From the NCBI RefSeq assembly GCF_021869535.1, contig NW_026262695.1:1736001-1800000 (forward strand): 64,000 nucleotides of DNA, read 5' to 3'. The DNA is from Mytilus californianus (Eukaryota). The notes under the pieces are model-generated. The model made no database searches, had not been told where the DNA came from, and worked only from the letters and a program-made list of their open reading frames with translations. Every line of letters starts with the position of its first letter. Within the stretch, counting starts at the first letter, position 1. This document shows, piece after piece, positions 36,443 to 50,429 of the stretch. Made by a program: the position numbers and the translations under genes.

Positions 36443-39400
36443 TTTTCTGCAAGAAACAAAGATAGATAAAAAGAAATTAAATAGCGTCTGCTTTTGAATA
36501 CCATTTTGGTAGGAATATAAATAATTTAAAACACATTGTTTAACCAGATATAGTTCGAAATTTTATTCATATCTTTATTGTTGTTAAAATAACAGTAGTT
36601 TCGAAGGGAATTCTGTGAATCGGCGTTTGCATACTTGTAAGAGGTGACACAGAAGAAGCAACGAGCAAATAAAGTCCAAAGCCGATTAGAATTAACAATA
36701 CAATGGCCAAAAGAAATAAGACAAAAAACTCAAAATAGAAAACTTAAGATTTGATGAACAGGGAATAACTTAGTGATGAAAGCATAAGGTCTAAAAAGAG
36801 TAAAACAGTTTCTATTGTTTTAACTCACGTATAAAGAGACATACAAGAGGGAAGAATATTTAGTGAGCCTTCATACACATTCGATAATCTTGAACCGAAA
36901 TCTTCACCGTTCAAATAAGGCTGTTCATTTTTCAGATTTTATAAAATGTCATATGTATGTTATTGTGAATGTCACAATTATTATAGAAATTCTAAGCCAT
37001 ACTCTTCGTGAATATATATGAAAAGTAAAATTAAAAGTGAAAAGTACATATGTGATGAAAGACCTGGCTGTTTTGTTTCCAGAGAACCGAGGCTGCTTAT
37101 ACACAAAAAAGATATTGATTAATAAATAAAGTTTGTAAAGATTAGCTTGCTATGAGCATTATACATAAATCAACAATATACCTCGATATTTTAACTATAT
37201 ATACAAGTTGTGTCATCTGTTGAATTATAAATGTCTATATCATTTCAAACTTTATAGTACCGAAATGCAAATGTAATATGAATGAAGAATCACGTTTAAT
37301 TAAAATAAGATAGGTACACGTTGATGCAAGTAAATCAGAAAAAGATTTGAAATCAAAATAATCAAAATGCAACATCAATCTTAAAAGGACCATATAGGGA
37401 GTAATCATCTTCGTATATGCGATTATCACAGAGAGTTCAAGTTAAAAAATATACACATTAGTAAGAATCAAGGTCACGAATGTTCAAAAAGCAGCAATAA
37501 TGACCAGTAGAAATGTCAGGCTGATGACATAATCTTCAAATTCCTAATATACACTTCAGAAATAACAAAGTAATGATTTCAGATGTTTTCCAATTAATCT
37601 TAATTTTTCTGTGTAATGTTTTGAGGATTTGTTTGTATATTCGTCGTTTTTCGTTTTTAATTTGCCGCTTATTTAGTTATTTTTTTACTTGTGTGTTTTG
37701 AATGTATTCCTGGTATCTCCCGCCTCTTTTTTGCATCGTTACCTTATTTTAGTCAATTGTTTTACTAAACATCTCATCGTTTAGATAGCAAAAAGTAAAA
37801 TAACAAAAAAACCGAACTCCAAGGAAAATTCAAAACGGAAAGTCCCGCATCAATTGGCAAAATCAAAAGCTCAAACACATCAAACAAATGGAAAACAACT
37901 GTCATATTCCTAACTTGGTACAGGCACTTCTTTATGTAGAAAATGGTGGACCAAACCTGGTTTTATAGCTAGCCAAACCTCTCACCTGTATGACAGTCGC
38001 ATTAAATTCCATTATATTGACAACAATGTGTGAACAAAACAAGCAAACATAAGAGGTTAAAATGTCACAAATAAAGATACAGCAGTCAACATTGTGTTAT
38101 AATCTTAATCACTATAAAAACAAACAAATATGTCAACAAAGAAAAACAAAATAGCATATAGACAAATCACATAAGCAACAATGAAAGACAGGAATACAAA
38201 ATTCCGAGTATCGAATAGTAAACATACAAATTTTGGCAGACATATGATTGATTTTTGTACTGATTATAATACAGGATATATGATAGACGAAACATATCAG
38301 TCGAGTTTCATAATGTGAAAGAGACAATCCTGTATAAGCTACAAACAAACAAGACAAAAAGACTGCACATATGTAATGATACAACTATGATTATATATTA
38401 TCAATAAAATGAAAAGGCTCAGCAAAAAGTAAGAACTTTATATAACAAATAATATTTGTTTGCTTTAATGTAATATTAATATGTACAATTCGAAAATAGT
38501 GAAACAACGGTAATACAAAATAAACATGATAAAACTCAATGCGAATTTTGACTCTTCCACTTATTTACTTCCCAAGCATCAACTGTAAAAAATGTTTATT
38601 AGCCAATGTTGTAATGCTAGATATTTAAAATCATAAAAATGGTCATTAAGATTAAAAATTATTTTTTTTCATATTTGACACAATATTCGTAAAAGCAGAT
38701 TAGGACAATATAAGTATTCAAAGGAAATTCGTGTAAAAATTTGCGCACATCGATAAATTGATCACTGATTAATTTTCGTCATATTTAAACAAACAGAGTT
38801 TCCTATATTGCCACATATTTGCATTGGACCTAGTTGATCGATCAAAAAACAAAGCAAAAAATGAAAATTTTTTGTTCATTAGTTAACAAAATAAGAAAGT
38901 TAAAAAAAGATGCGTAGTCATGGGAAAACAAATTTAAGAAGACTGAACATGTTAAAAAAGAAATGTCGACAGCAGGTATTGCAGTGATTTGAATCCCTTA
39001 ATACGTAAATGTTTAATGGTTATGAAAACAATTGCTACTTCAGATATGATATAAGTTTGAAAAATCAATCGATTAAACACCTTAATCTATATACTTTACT
39101 CAAGTTATTAAGATAACAAAATAAGATAGTTCATGTGCAAGTCGACAATGAGATAATGGATATCATGTGACTACTGCCTTATATGGTTAAACCTTTACGA
39201 CTTTGTGTGATTGACTTATCTATCATTTCATGCGTCCTTATTTATTCAAATGACAGTCTATTTAATGAAATATATTTACTTTTGTGTGTTTGATATACGA
39301 CACTTTGAACTTATCTTCTGCAAGAAACTAATTTGAATCAAAAGTGTTATTAAGGCATTGTAAAACGGTCATAACAATCTCTGTAATGATCAAAAACATC

Positions 39401-41728
39401 CATCATCTTCAGCAACAAAGAAGGCAAGAAAAAGCACCTTGGGTATACGCGGAAGGTTTAGGTACATTTAAATCAAAATTAAGACTAATGTATCAACAAA
39501 AACGAAAGTAAAACTAAACATTAATAAAAGCACAAACAACAAAATAAATCGCATAGTTTTAAGAATAATAATTTATCCGTTTGGACTTACCTGGTTTACT
39601 CTTTACGAACATACACTTGAATACATGTGACTAAACATTCATTTACAGTACTCGCCATTTTCAGGTATTCAAACGAGAAAGGCTTAAATGTAATGCGCAT
39701 GTGTTGACATTGACTGAAAGTCCGCCAAATTTAAAAACAAAATATCAAAATCCTGTGAACCTTATTAGTATCTCTGAAGCAAAATGTGACTAGTGTTTTA
39801 CATTGTAGAGTAATCAGAGTTGACGAAAAACAGATTAAAGCTGTGCTTGAATAAAAATATAAACAGTTTCTAAAAAGTATGTAACTGGATTGAATACAAA
39901 GACTCCCGACTGTATCCCTCATGCTGCCAATGCAAATCATGTCTTTGTAGTAGGCCAATAGAATAAAATACAAATAGTTTCCTGATACGAAAGTTCAAAA
40001 GCATCGGAAACAGACGATAAAATAAAGTGAATTTGACATATTTGACGCAAAAACAAATGGAAAGGTCTAAAAGCCGGTAAATGCGATTAAACTTTAAAAT
40101 CTAAAACTTCAATTGACTTTCTTGCTTCTCTTATCTCGATTGATTACAGCACAAAATCGCCTAGCTCTTCCTGTCTTCTAGAATCGTTATGTCTGTGGTT
40201 TTACTGTAGTATGCACGGAAAATATGAGAATTTATTGGAAGCTGACAATATATTCTGTCGTGATAAGTTAAGTTAATAGTCTGTACCGCAAACATCACCA
40301 ACACTGAATTATGTAATAACAGAGTCATGTGCCGGAACGCATTTTTTTCTTGAAACTCGCTTCTATAATATCTATGAAAACAGTAGTCAGTATAACATGC
40401 AACAAATACTGATTCCAGTATATGACAAATAAGAACTTGTGGAATATGTTGGTTTTTTTTTGTCTATTCTGAGAATACTTCATGATCAAACGTGTGTGTG
40501 ATATATAATCACTCACTTATGCAATTATATTATTGTATGAGGACACTCGTAATGGATACTGTATGTTAAAGGATTGTTTTACTCTCCGATTGTTACGCGT
40601 TTAACATATTCTATGAGAAATGAAATCAGGTGTTTGGAAAAATTAAAACACAGTGACTAGGTCCCAAAGTGATGGTGTTAGACCACCAAGTCATAATTCC
40701 TATCTATTCAAACACATTTGTCAATTTTCACAGTTTTCTAAATATTTTATTTTAAACTAACTTCATAGAAACCAGATATGTTCTGAAATGTACATATATC
40801 ACCTTTCTACATGCCATTTTTCAACCAATGTCTAAAGTCTTGTTACGAAATACCACCGTTCAGTAGGCAAATACTACTAAAAATAACCCCTGGTTTTCTT
40901 GAAATCTTAAATAAGTATACTATGGACATGATTGATATGAATTAATCCTCAATTTTTAACGAAACTCACGGACAAGTAAATGTTGGCTCAAAATGGTCTA
41001 AATATATTTCTCTTTCACCAAAAGTTTCATTTCTGCAAATGTGCTGGTTAGATTAAGTAAACAATGAAATATAAAAGACTATTTTTTGTCAGGGAAGTGC
41101 TACTTTTACATACGTGAGTGAATTGGTGGCCTGACACTTAATGTATTCAGGTTAGTCTTTAAAATATCTTTAAAGGACACAAATACATATTTTATGCAAC
41201 AATAACATTCATTTCCCGCGTAAAAATAAAAACATACCTCCTCCCCCCAAAAAATTAAATTAGACAAAAAAAGACACGCACCTACATTTTAATAAATTTT
41301 GATGTTTATTAGCACATAGAACAGACCCTATCCCATGTTTCGAAAAGTGCAATAAACGAATGGAAGCTTAACTATAACATGTATAAATATAGAAACAATA
41401 AACAAGGTATTAGTGTCATACCAAGTACATAGTCACTACTACATGTTGCCCTATTGGATAATTTCAACAAAAGATAACGTCTAAATAAACAATTCAAAGC
41501 GTCTCAAAAGAAAAAAAAATCGGTATATCAAATAAGTTCGTTCCTATAGACGCATGATTCACACGATAATAAATACGAACAATACAATAGTCATGTCAAT
41601 CAAAACTCTTTGCACTTAAAAAAACGCACAATATAAATAATACTTACCATGCTAACACACAATACATTTTTTCGGTCAAAACTAAACTTTTAAACAGCAA
41701 ATTCCGATGATTCAATATAATGTATTAT

Positions 41729-42627
41729 TGTAAAAATGTAAACAGCCGAGCGGATTAGTAGAAAAGGCTGCAAATTAACAAATAGTTATAAATAAAATAA
41801 TTTATTATGAAGGAATATTAATTTCAATACGTTCAGATACAACTAATTCACATAATTTAGATCAAGTCAAAGAATGCATAATGTCAGTGTTTAGACAAAA
41901 ATAACGAATATCAATAAATATATGTTTCAATAATAATCGAACAATTCCAAATTTAGGCCCGGTTTGGGCTAAAAATGTTTCACGGCAAAAACACCACCGT
42001 CAAGTACAATGTGTAACGGAATTCATCGTCTTTTTACACAAATAATACATGAAGATGTGTAATTAAATGCTAAAATAGCTTAACTTAACTTCTTTCATAA
42101 ATTCACAAAGCCAAACGTAAAATGAATAGGTCAGGCGAACGAAAAGCAGCCGTTCTCTGGGACAGTTAAATTTCAACTTACCAAGTTGTTTACCAAGATG
42201 GTATTATCACGGAATATTTCCCATAATTACTTACATTTCGAGGATCTCGTGTACGCGATCATTACACTGACAAATATGCATGACCATACATTTTATACAA
42301 TAAATAGTTTTATTCCGTTATAACAATATTTCAATAAGCACACCCGGAATTAAATCCCGTATTTCAGAAATAACTTCTTTGTTGTGATAAGAACGACAAC
42401 TTTTGCACAAAACATGGAACTATTGTTTGGCGGAAAATGTATCAACACAGTACATTCTACTGAAAACGTTGATTGATAAATGAAACGAGACTTAAATGTG
42501 CTTTTTCAGGTCTGTCATACCATTACACAAATTGGGCAAACTTAAATAATATGAAAGGAATGATATTTCATGAGAAATCATCATTAAAGATCGAGATTTG
42601 TCCAAATACCATTTCAGTTTCACAACA
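41729..42627 (-). repeat. 3' LTR (899 bp)
   Basis: tgtaaaaatg...ttcacaaca aligns along its length with 48659-49569 (scattered substitutions and small indels). A purine tract (aaggggtag on minus) is adjacent at 42628-42636. Confidence 0.9.
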
Positions 42628-42689
42628 CTACCCCTTGAAGAATACATTTCGTTCCCGAGGTTCCATAATTTAATTCACCAAAATAGTAT

Positions 42690-42930
42690 GCTTATGATTG
42701 ATTTTGATTTTTGGTGTTTTAATGCCACTTTTAATCACTGCTTTTGGGCTATTCGTGGCGGCCAGTTTTTATTGGTGGAGGAAGCCGGAGTGCCGGGAGA
42801 AAACCACCGACCTTCGATAGGAAAACTGACAATCCTAGTCAATTAAGATTGGAGTCGAGCTCAAATCTTCGAACTCACAACCTCAGTGTTGACTGGCTAG
42901 TGATTACAGTACTGTAGTAACTACTTAAAC
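42690..42930 (+). repeat. SINE-like dispersed repeat inserted inside the Gypsy element
   Basis: ttttattggtggaggaagccggagtgccgggagaaaaccaccgacctt...gaaaactgacaat. Partial relatives at ~49660-49830 and ~62830-62920. Confidence 0.65.
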
Positions 42931-43248
42931 CACGCGGCCACCGAGTTCCCTTAGTATGCTTATTAAATATAATAAAATTCACTAACTATGTTTGACGCTG
43001 AGGACTTCGTCTCCTTTAAGTATCACATTAAATTTATATATAAAATATATACACAATAACAACGAAAAGTATTTGAGGACTTCACCTCCTTTTGAACACT
43101 TAAATATCTTATAAAGTGAAGACAAAATTGGTTTTCAAAATTAAGAATCAATAAAACAGGTAAATGATTAAAGCTCCAAATGAAAACTAATTTCATTTCA
43201 TATTTACACCTGTCATTTAAAAATTCATTTTCTTATTTCATATAAAGA

Positions 43249-43914
43249 TTACGGGAACCAATTTTGTCTACAACAAATGCATGCATATGACATTTCAATA
43301 TAAAGATAAAGATTAACATAATGTCTAAAATATTTTTTCACAACATAGGCTTTTAACTTCTTCCTTGGCATCTCATTTTCTTTCTCATCATCTGTGTCAT
43401 CTTCCTGCACTCTCAGTTTTCTCCTCAGAACTTCCACTTCACTGTCCTTATGTCGGAGTTTCCTCTCTTGTTTCCCTATAAGATCGTCTTTTTCCTGTAA
43501 TTGTTTCTTGCTTCCCTCTTCTCCCTTCCTAAGTTTCCTTTCAGCTGACTGGACATCCTCTTCCTTGGCTTTTAATCTTTGCTCCAAACGGGCAATATAG
43601 CTTCCAAATCTATTCAATTCAGCCTGGTGACTTCCTTTTAATACATTCATCTCCGCCTTAAGCTCTCTGGAAGATAAGAACTCACCACTGTTTTCCATAA
43701 TTTCGATGATATGTTCCTCTACCTCTTCAGTTACAGTACAGGAGTGATCCTTGTATATGGCATCACAAGATACGTCTGTTCCCATTTTTACAAAATATGG
43801 ATTAAAGGATTTAATAATACAACTATTGCAATAATCTATATTGAAATGTTCCATCTTCTCTTTGAAAATTTTCCAATTCTTTTGTAGTGTACCCACTAAG
43901 CCAATTTGAATCAA
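43249..43914 (-). CDS. 221-codon open frame with a long coiled coil, between RNase H and the 3' LTR
   Basis: ORF track; E/K/R/Q-rich helical stretch (IARLEQRLKAKEEDVQSAERKLRK...). It begins at TTG after a stop, so the true start is uncertain. Confidence 0.5.
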   Translation of the reverse strand: MIQIGLVGTLQKNWKIFKEKMEHFNIDYCNSCIIKSFNPYFVKMGTDVSCDAIYKDHSCTVTEEVEEHIIEIMENSGEFLSSRELKAEMNVLKGSHQAELNRFGSYIARLEQRLKAKEEDVQSAERKLRKGEEGSKKQLQEKDDLIGKQERKLRHKDSEVEVLRRKLRVQEDDTDDEKENEMPRKKLKAYVVKKYFRHYVNLYLYIEMSYACICCRQNWFP

Positions 43915-43954
43915 TTAACTTGGAATTTTGACTTCTTGTGACAGCACAATTTTT

Positions 43955-44505
43955 TTAAACAAATGGCTTGTCACTTAAATTAGTGAAATTATCTACATCA
44001 GTTTTAAAATCTACCCAATCAGCATCCATAGATTTGCAATTTTTACATTCAGGATTTCTAACTCCCTGTTTAATATGATCACAGAGTGATATGTCATATT
44101 CACGTCGTGAAAGCGAGTCAGCATTTTGATGTTTAACCCCTGGTCTGTGTTGAATATCAAAATTATACTGTGAGAGGGTCTCGAGCCAACGAGCCAACTG
44201 CCCCTGTTGGTCTTCAAAATTAAACAACCATCTCAAGGATGCATGGTCGGACCTTAGCAAAATTTTCGACCAACTAAGTAATGGCGAAACTGATGTATAA
44301 ATGTAATGACTGCTAAAAGCTCACGTCTGGTCACACTATATCGTTGTTGTGGTTTATCTAATTTTGTGGACCCATAGGCAATCACCTTTTCCTTCCTATT
44401 TTGAATTTGAGAAAGTACTGACCCAATTCCAATATTAGATGCGTCAGTATCTAAAATAAACTGACCTTCTGGTAATGGATATGCCAAAATTGGAGCTACA
44501 CACAA
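43955..44505 (-). pseudogene. Gypsy RNase H (frameshifted)
   Basis: APILAYP...FILDTDASNIGIGSVLSQ...VIAYGS...YSVTRRELLAV / LRSDHASLRWL...GQLARWLETL...IQHRPGVKHQNADSLSR. Confidence 0.92.
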
Positions 44506-44651
44506 AGCTTTTCGTAATATTTCAAATGAACTTTGTCATTCACTTGACCAATTAAAGGAACATCTTTTGTAGTTAGTCTACTTAAAGGAGATGCTATTTC
44601 ATTAATCTTCTGAACACATTGTCGATAGTAATTACAAAGACCCAAAAATTG

Positions 44652-45334
44652 CTAAACTTCCTTGACTGAATTCGGAACCTGCCATTTACTCACTGATTCA
44701 ACAATCTGTGAATTCGGACTAATGCCATTTTTATTGACAGTATGCCCTAAATAAAGGACTTGATCTTTAATAAATTCACACTTAGAAGGTTTAAGTTTCA
44801 AACCAACATTTTGTAATCTACCTAGAACTTCATCTAATTTATTAATATGGTCTTCTAAATTTGAACTATAAATTATAATATCATCCAAATAAATCAAAAG
44901 GGTTTTCCATTGCATTCCACGAAAAATTAACTCCATACATCTTTGAAAAGTTAAAGGAGCATTACACAGTCCAAAAGGCATCTTAGTGTACTCAAAACGA
45001 CCATATTTTGTAACAAATGCAGTTGTATTTCGATCTTCTGGCGCCATTTCCAATTGCCAATAACCAGACTGAAGGTCCATGACTGAAAATATGCTAGCGC
45101 CGGCTAGACAATCTAGGCACATATATATATATTTGGTATCGGGTAGGCATCCTTGATAGTCGACTCATTGAGTTTCCTGTAATCTATACACCACCTAACC
45201 GAACCGGCCTTCTTACGAACCAAACAAATATTTGACATCCATGCTGATGAAGAAGGTTTAATGACCCCCCTTTCCAATTGATCTTTCAAATACGCCTCTT
45301 CCTCTCCTTCAAAATTTTTAGGTGTACGTCTCAA
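44652..45334 (-). pseudogene. Gypsy reverse transcriptase (frameshifted at an (AT)n tract near 45119-45131)
   Basis: VIKPSSSAW...LVRKKAGSVRWCIDYRKLN...DAYPIP / FSVMDLQSGYWQ...TAFVT..GRFEYTKMPFGLCNAP.TFQR...YLDDIIIYS. Confidence 0.93.
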
Positions 45335-46021
45335 AGGTTGACTAGTAGGTGCTGCCCCTGCAGTATCTATTTTATGTTAAATAAGGGGACAAGAACCCAA
45401 GTCAAGTTTATCTTTTGCAAAAGCACCCTGATTTTTCAATAGAACTTTGGCTAATTTCAATTTTTGCTCTTGGTCACTAATCTTTTCGCAACTTTTCTGA
45501 TATAGTTCAGAAAGAAAATCTGGTAGTTTTGGAATTTCGGACTCAATTTCAAAACTATCAGTTTTGGTACTCAACACTTTAAGACTTTTCCAATTTTCAG
45601 GAATTACTGGGGTATCTATTATGTCACCTTAACTCATGCCAATACAGAAATCTTTATATAAAACAGAATCATACAATTCAACATCAGCATTGCTGTCAAT
45701 GAAGACATCAAACTATTCTACAGAATGTAATTCACCTAATAATTAGTTTGTACGAATTCTTATTGGATACTTTTCTACATTTACTATTCTAAAAGGAATA
45801 GTGTCCTTATACGGATCAACCAATGACATAATTTTTCTTTCATCTTCAACGTCACTTTATCTGACCTCCTAGTGACGTCACAATTAATCCATTTACCTTT
45901 AATTTCTAAGCCCCTCTTAGTATTAATTGTGATATCATGCTCAACTTGTTCTACAGGATGTAATTCACCTAATAAATAGTTTTTACGAATTCTAATTGGA
46001 TACTTTTCTACATTTACTATT

Positions 46022-47997
46022 CTAACAGGATATAACACTACAATAACGGGAATCAAGTATTTCTGAATTAATACTTAAACCTGGTAAAATCACCTCTGAA
46101 TTAGCTTGAATAGTAACTGCTTCTTTCAAAACAACCCTCGCAACTTTATCTAACCTCCTAGTGACGTCACAATTAATCCATTGACCTTTAATTTCTAAGC
46201 CCCTCTTAGTATTAATTGTGATATCATGCTCATCTATTATATCACAGCCTAGCAACAACTCGTCACCAATAGGCGCAATATATACAGACCAAATAAAATT
46301 CAATGGACCTATTTGACATGAAAAATCAGCCATACCTAAAGTTTGCATTTCCTTGCCTGCCTCTGCGACAACTAAGTTTCTCTCAGCTCGATATATTTTT
46401 GGACGTCTATTCTCTGGAATTTTTAAGAACTTTTCCTGACTCATAACAGTAACCTCAGCACCTGTATCAATGACTGCATTCAAATAGTCACACTCAATAA
46501 TAATAGGTACCCTCAAAGTAACTGCCCTAACCCTATCTATAACAACATCAACACTAGTCATATCAACAGAAGGGTCAACAGCAACATATTTATCAAGAAA
46601 GGAACTGTCTGACATATTTATTTCAGCATCACCAAACTGACCAGAAGCTACGGCGAGCTTTGATCTGTCAGGCTCATCACCACTACCTTGATATTTTTTA
46701 TTTGGACAATATTTACTGATATGTCCTTTTTTCTGGCATGAAAAACAAATAGTTTCATTAAACCTCCTTTTGTTATTCTGATTTTTATTCAGACTGGTAC
46801 TCAATTTACTTATTTCTCCCTTTAAATTATTTTCAACGGCAGAAAATTCAGTTTTTATTTCTCGAGAGAAAATTTCTAGTTTTTTATCTAACCTCTCTTC
46901 AGTTACAAAACGAGTATTCCCTGAAACTTTTCTTATTTCATTCTCTTCAATAAGCTCAGTATGTTCATACTGATCCTCAGTTTCAATCTGTCTTACCTCG
47001 GCACGCTTCTTAAAAATATTGCCATTACAACATTCATGCCAATTAAAGCATTCAATTGCATCATCAATACTTTGTGGTTTTCTGATTTCAACCTCGTATG
47101 CAATACTTTGGTCTGGGAGCCCGTTTAAGATATTTTCAACTTTCAAGGTATTTAATAAATCAATCTCTTTTAAATGTGGGTACCCCCTACAAACTAATTT
47201 TTTTACTCTTGCAGCGTATTCCGACAAGGTCTCTTTGAAGTGCTTTTTAATGTTTGCCAGATCTTCTCTATACCAATCCGGTAAACGGTTATCTCCATAT
47301 CGTCTTTGCAAAGCATCTCTAAATTGCGAAATATTATTTTGCACATCCGGGGACAATTTACATGCGAAATCCAAAGCGTCATCTTTAAGGGAACACCATA
47401 AATTCTCTATTTTTGCTTGATTATTCCATTGGAACTTTTTAGTGCCAAGTTCAGAAATAGTCAAGAACCCCTCAAATTTACTTTTCCCATTAAAATATGG
47501 TATTCTGAATTTAGGTTCATCAGAATTATTGGTATTTCTGTGTGCACTTCTATTGAACGAAACTGAAGGATCGGGCATATGGGTAGCCATAGAAACCATA
47601 GGCTGGACCGTGTCTTTCACGCCTTCTCTTGCGTAATTACCATACGTAGGATTTTGCTGATACCTAATTTCTTGATTGTTTTTATAGATATTTTCTCAAT
47701 TCAAACTAGTCTCCATCTGTCTATTATCTACTACCTGATTTTTGGCAATTTTGGACTGAGCAAATAATAGATCTTGCTGTATGCGATTTAAATCTGGTTC
47801 AGTGTTTTCTAATACATCTGATTAAAAGCTTCATCTTTACGTCTCAACTCTGCATCTTTTGCTTCATGTCTTACCCTTGTTTCAGCTAGCTCTTTCTTTG
47901 TATTTACTAATTCTCTCCTTAATTCAGCACACATCTCTTCTATATTCGTGAATGATCTGTTTTCTGTACTTACTACACTTTCACTTGTGTCTGACAT
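46022..47997 (-). pseudogene. Gypsy gag-protease (small N-terminal ORF 47997-47809, then 532-aa ORF 47620-46022)
   Basis: Capsid-like region (IPYFNGK...LKDDALDF...ALQRRYG), CCHC knuckle CFSCQKKGHISKYC and aspartic protease AVIDTGAEVTVM, all in one frame. Confidence 0.88.
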
Positions 47998-48636
47998 ATT
48001 TCTATTTTTTGCATAATTATCTGATCTGAAATCTCAATATCATCGGGAGTTTGAGATCTACGATTATCGTACTCTAAAGCTTTGCTAATAATACTATCAC
48101 CTGTGTGCTTTTGCTTTTCTTCTGCATGTACTTCAATAGCCTCAAACTTAAAAAAGATGAAATTCTAGCTATTGTATTACTACCTTCCTCAATATCCATT
48201 TCTGTTTCATAAGTACTCATACTTTAACTTTAACCAAATTTACCTCTACCTCTCCCTCCTTTAAAAGGTTGTGAACGGGTCAGGGATCTAGAGCGAAAGG
48301 TTTTCCCGTATCAGACATTACAATGTATCAAAGATCGATTTTACTGCTCTTTTTTCAAAAGTCAAATGTATTTAACTCAAATCTCTTCCAAAAAAAAAAC
48401 AAAATTAAAATGCAAATGTACTTCAAACTTCAAGTAATACCCTGTTGACTTCTCAACTACAAAGGCTATTAATTTTTACTTAAAATGCTGCATAAATAAA
48501 GCAACTTCTCAACTATAAAAGTTGTTTAATGCAAACGATAAAAAATATGAATATATATAACCTGTTCAATTCACAACCACAAAGGTTATATAATTCCAAA
48601 ACTCATTAGGATTATAAAATCCCGTAACAATTAATA

Positions 48637-48654
48637 ATCCAACCGCTGCCACCA
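48637..48654 (-). promoter_or_regulatory. Primer-binding site, probably tRNA-Leu
   Basis: Minus strand TGGTGGCAGCGGTTGGAT starts 4 nt inside the 5' LTR edge. The plus strand atccaaccgctgccacca resembles the ATCCCACCGCTGCCACCA 3' end of eukaryotic tRNA-Leu (isotype from memory). Confidence 0.75.
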
Positions 48655-48658
48655 GTAT

Positions 48659-49569
48659 TGTAAAAATGTAAACTACCGAGCGGAATAGTAGAAAAGGCTG
48701 CAAATTAACAAAGAGTTCTAAATAAAATAATTTATTATGCAGGAATATTAATTTCAATACGTTCAGATACAACTAATTCACACAATTTAAATCAAGTCAA
48801 AGAAACCTGCATAATGTCAGTTTTTAGACAAAAATAACGAATATCAATAAATATATGTTTCAATAATAATCGAACAATTCCAAATTTAGGCCAGGGTTGG
48901 GCTAAAAATGTTTCACGGCAAAAACACCACCGTCAAGTACAATGTGTAACGGAATTCACCGTCTTTTTACACAAATAAAACATGAAAATGTGTAATTAAA
49001 TGCTAAAATAGCTTAACTTAACTTCTTACATAAATTCACAAAGCCAAACGTAAAATGAATAGGTCAGGCGAACGAAAAGCAGCCGTTCTCTGGGACAGTT
49101 AAATTTCAACTTACCAAGTTGTTTACGTTGGAAACAAAGATGTCATTATCACGGAATATTTCCCGTAATTACTTACATTTCGCGGATCTCGTGTACGCGA
49201 TCATTACACTGACAAATATGCATGACCATAAATTATATACAATAAATAGTTTTATTCCGTAATAACAATATTTCAATAAGCACACCCGGAATTCAATCCC
49301 GTATTTCAGAAATAACTTCTTTGTTGTGATCAGAACGACAACTCTTGAACAAAACATGGAACTACGGTTTGGCGGAAAATGTGTCAACACAGTAAATTCT
49401 ACTGAAAACGTTGATTAATAAATGAAAAGAGACTAAAATATGCTTTATCAGGTCTGTCATACCATTACACAAATTGGGCAAACTTAAATAATATGAAAGG
49501 AATGGTACTTCATAAGAAATCATCATTAAAGATCGAGATTTGTCCAAATATCATTTCAGTTTCACAACA
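48659..49569 (-). repeat. 5' LTR (911 bp)
   Basis: Direct repeat of 41729-42627, adjacent to the PBS. Confidence 0.9.
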
Positions 49570-50429
49570 GTATCATTATACATTGTTTTATGAATAACTG
49601 ATTGTTGTTGTTAAGACTTTCCTTCAGTCCTTTCATATATAGCATGACTACCAGTGTGTATTTGAAGAGACATCCGGAGTGACTTGAAAGAACCACAGAC
49701 TACGGAAGAAAAACTGACAATTATTATCAAAGTTGACAACACCTGCTACGAATGGGGTTTACCCTCACAACCTCAATCTTGAAAGGCTATTGATCACTGT
49801 AGATGAACTACTTAGACGACTCGGCTTCCTGTTATTATTGAAATACTGACTTTTTATCATTATGATTTTTAATAATTATTATTAATATTACTTTTATTTC
49901 AATCCTTGTTATTAATTTTATTATTATAACTATCGTTATCATTTTTATTTTTGTTTACGTAGAGTTTCGTCCCCGAGGGTATCACCAGCCCTGTAGTCAG
50001 CACTGGGTTTCCATCCCGTGCATAGTTAGCCTCAATCGTATTTTGTACAATTTTTTTTCAATGAAACTTTGGTTTTCAATGCTTTTCATCTGCATTTATG
50101 ATTTGGCCATCCAACTGTTTTATTCGAGCACCACTGATGGGTCCTATGTAGACGAAACGTGTGTCTGACTACAGAATTAAAAGGCTGGTATCTTTGACTA
50201 TCTTTTACAACCATTGGGTTTATTCCACTGCTCGTTGACATTTCATTCCAAAGGGTATCTTCAGCCAAGTAGTCATACCACTTCTATGTTGAAATGAAAT
50301 GTCAATGATATGTTAATGTTCTATATATTTACTGTGCATAAAATGTCAAATTATTCGACCTTCTCAGATTTTAAAAAAAAATAAACAACAACGAAGAGAC
50401 GTCCTATGGAGCACAAGACGACACTTTCT

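Larger units (their letters stand above)
41729..49569 (-). mobile_element. Ty3/Gypsy LTR retrotransposon, two LTRs, integrase missing
   Basis: Direct repeats of ~0.9 kb with TG...CA ends, a PBS, gag-CCHC-protease, RT (YLDDII) and RNase H. The flanks ttat/gtat could be a 4-bp TSD with one mismatch (uncertain). Confidence 0.92.

Noticed and set aside
43394-43600. Ser/Leu/Phe-rich plus ORF; likewise 47019-47420 and 31812-32129
   Set aside because: Antisense shadows of charged minus-strand coding sequence.
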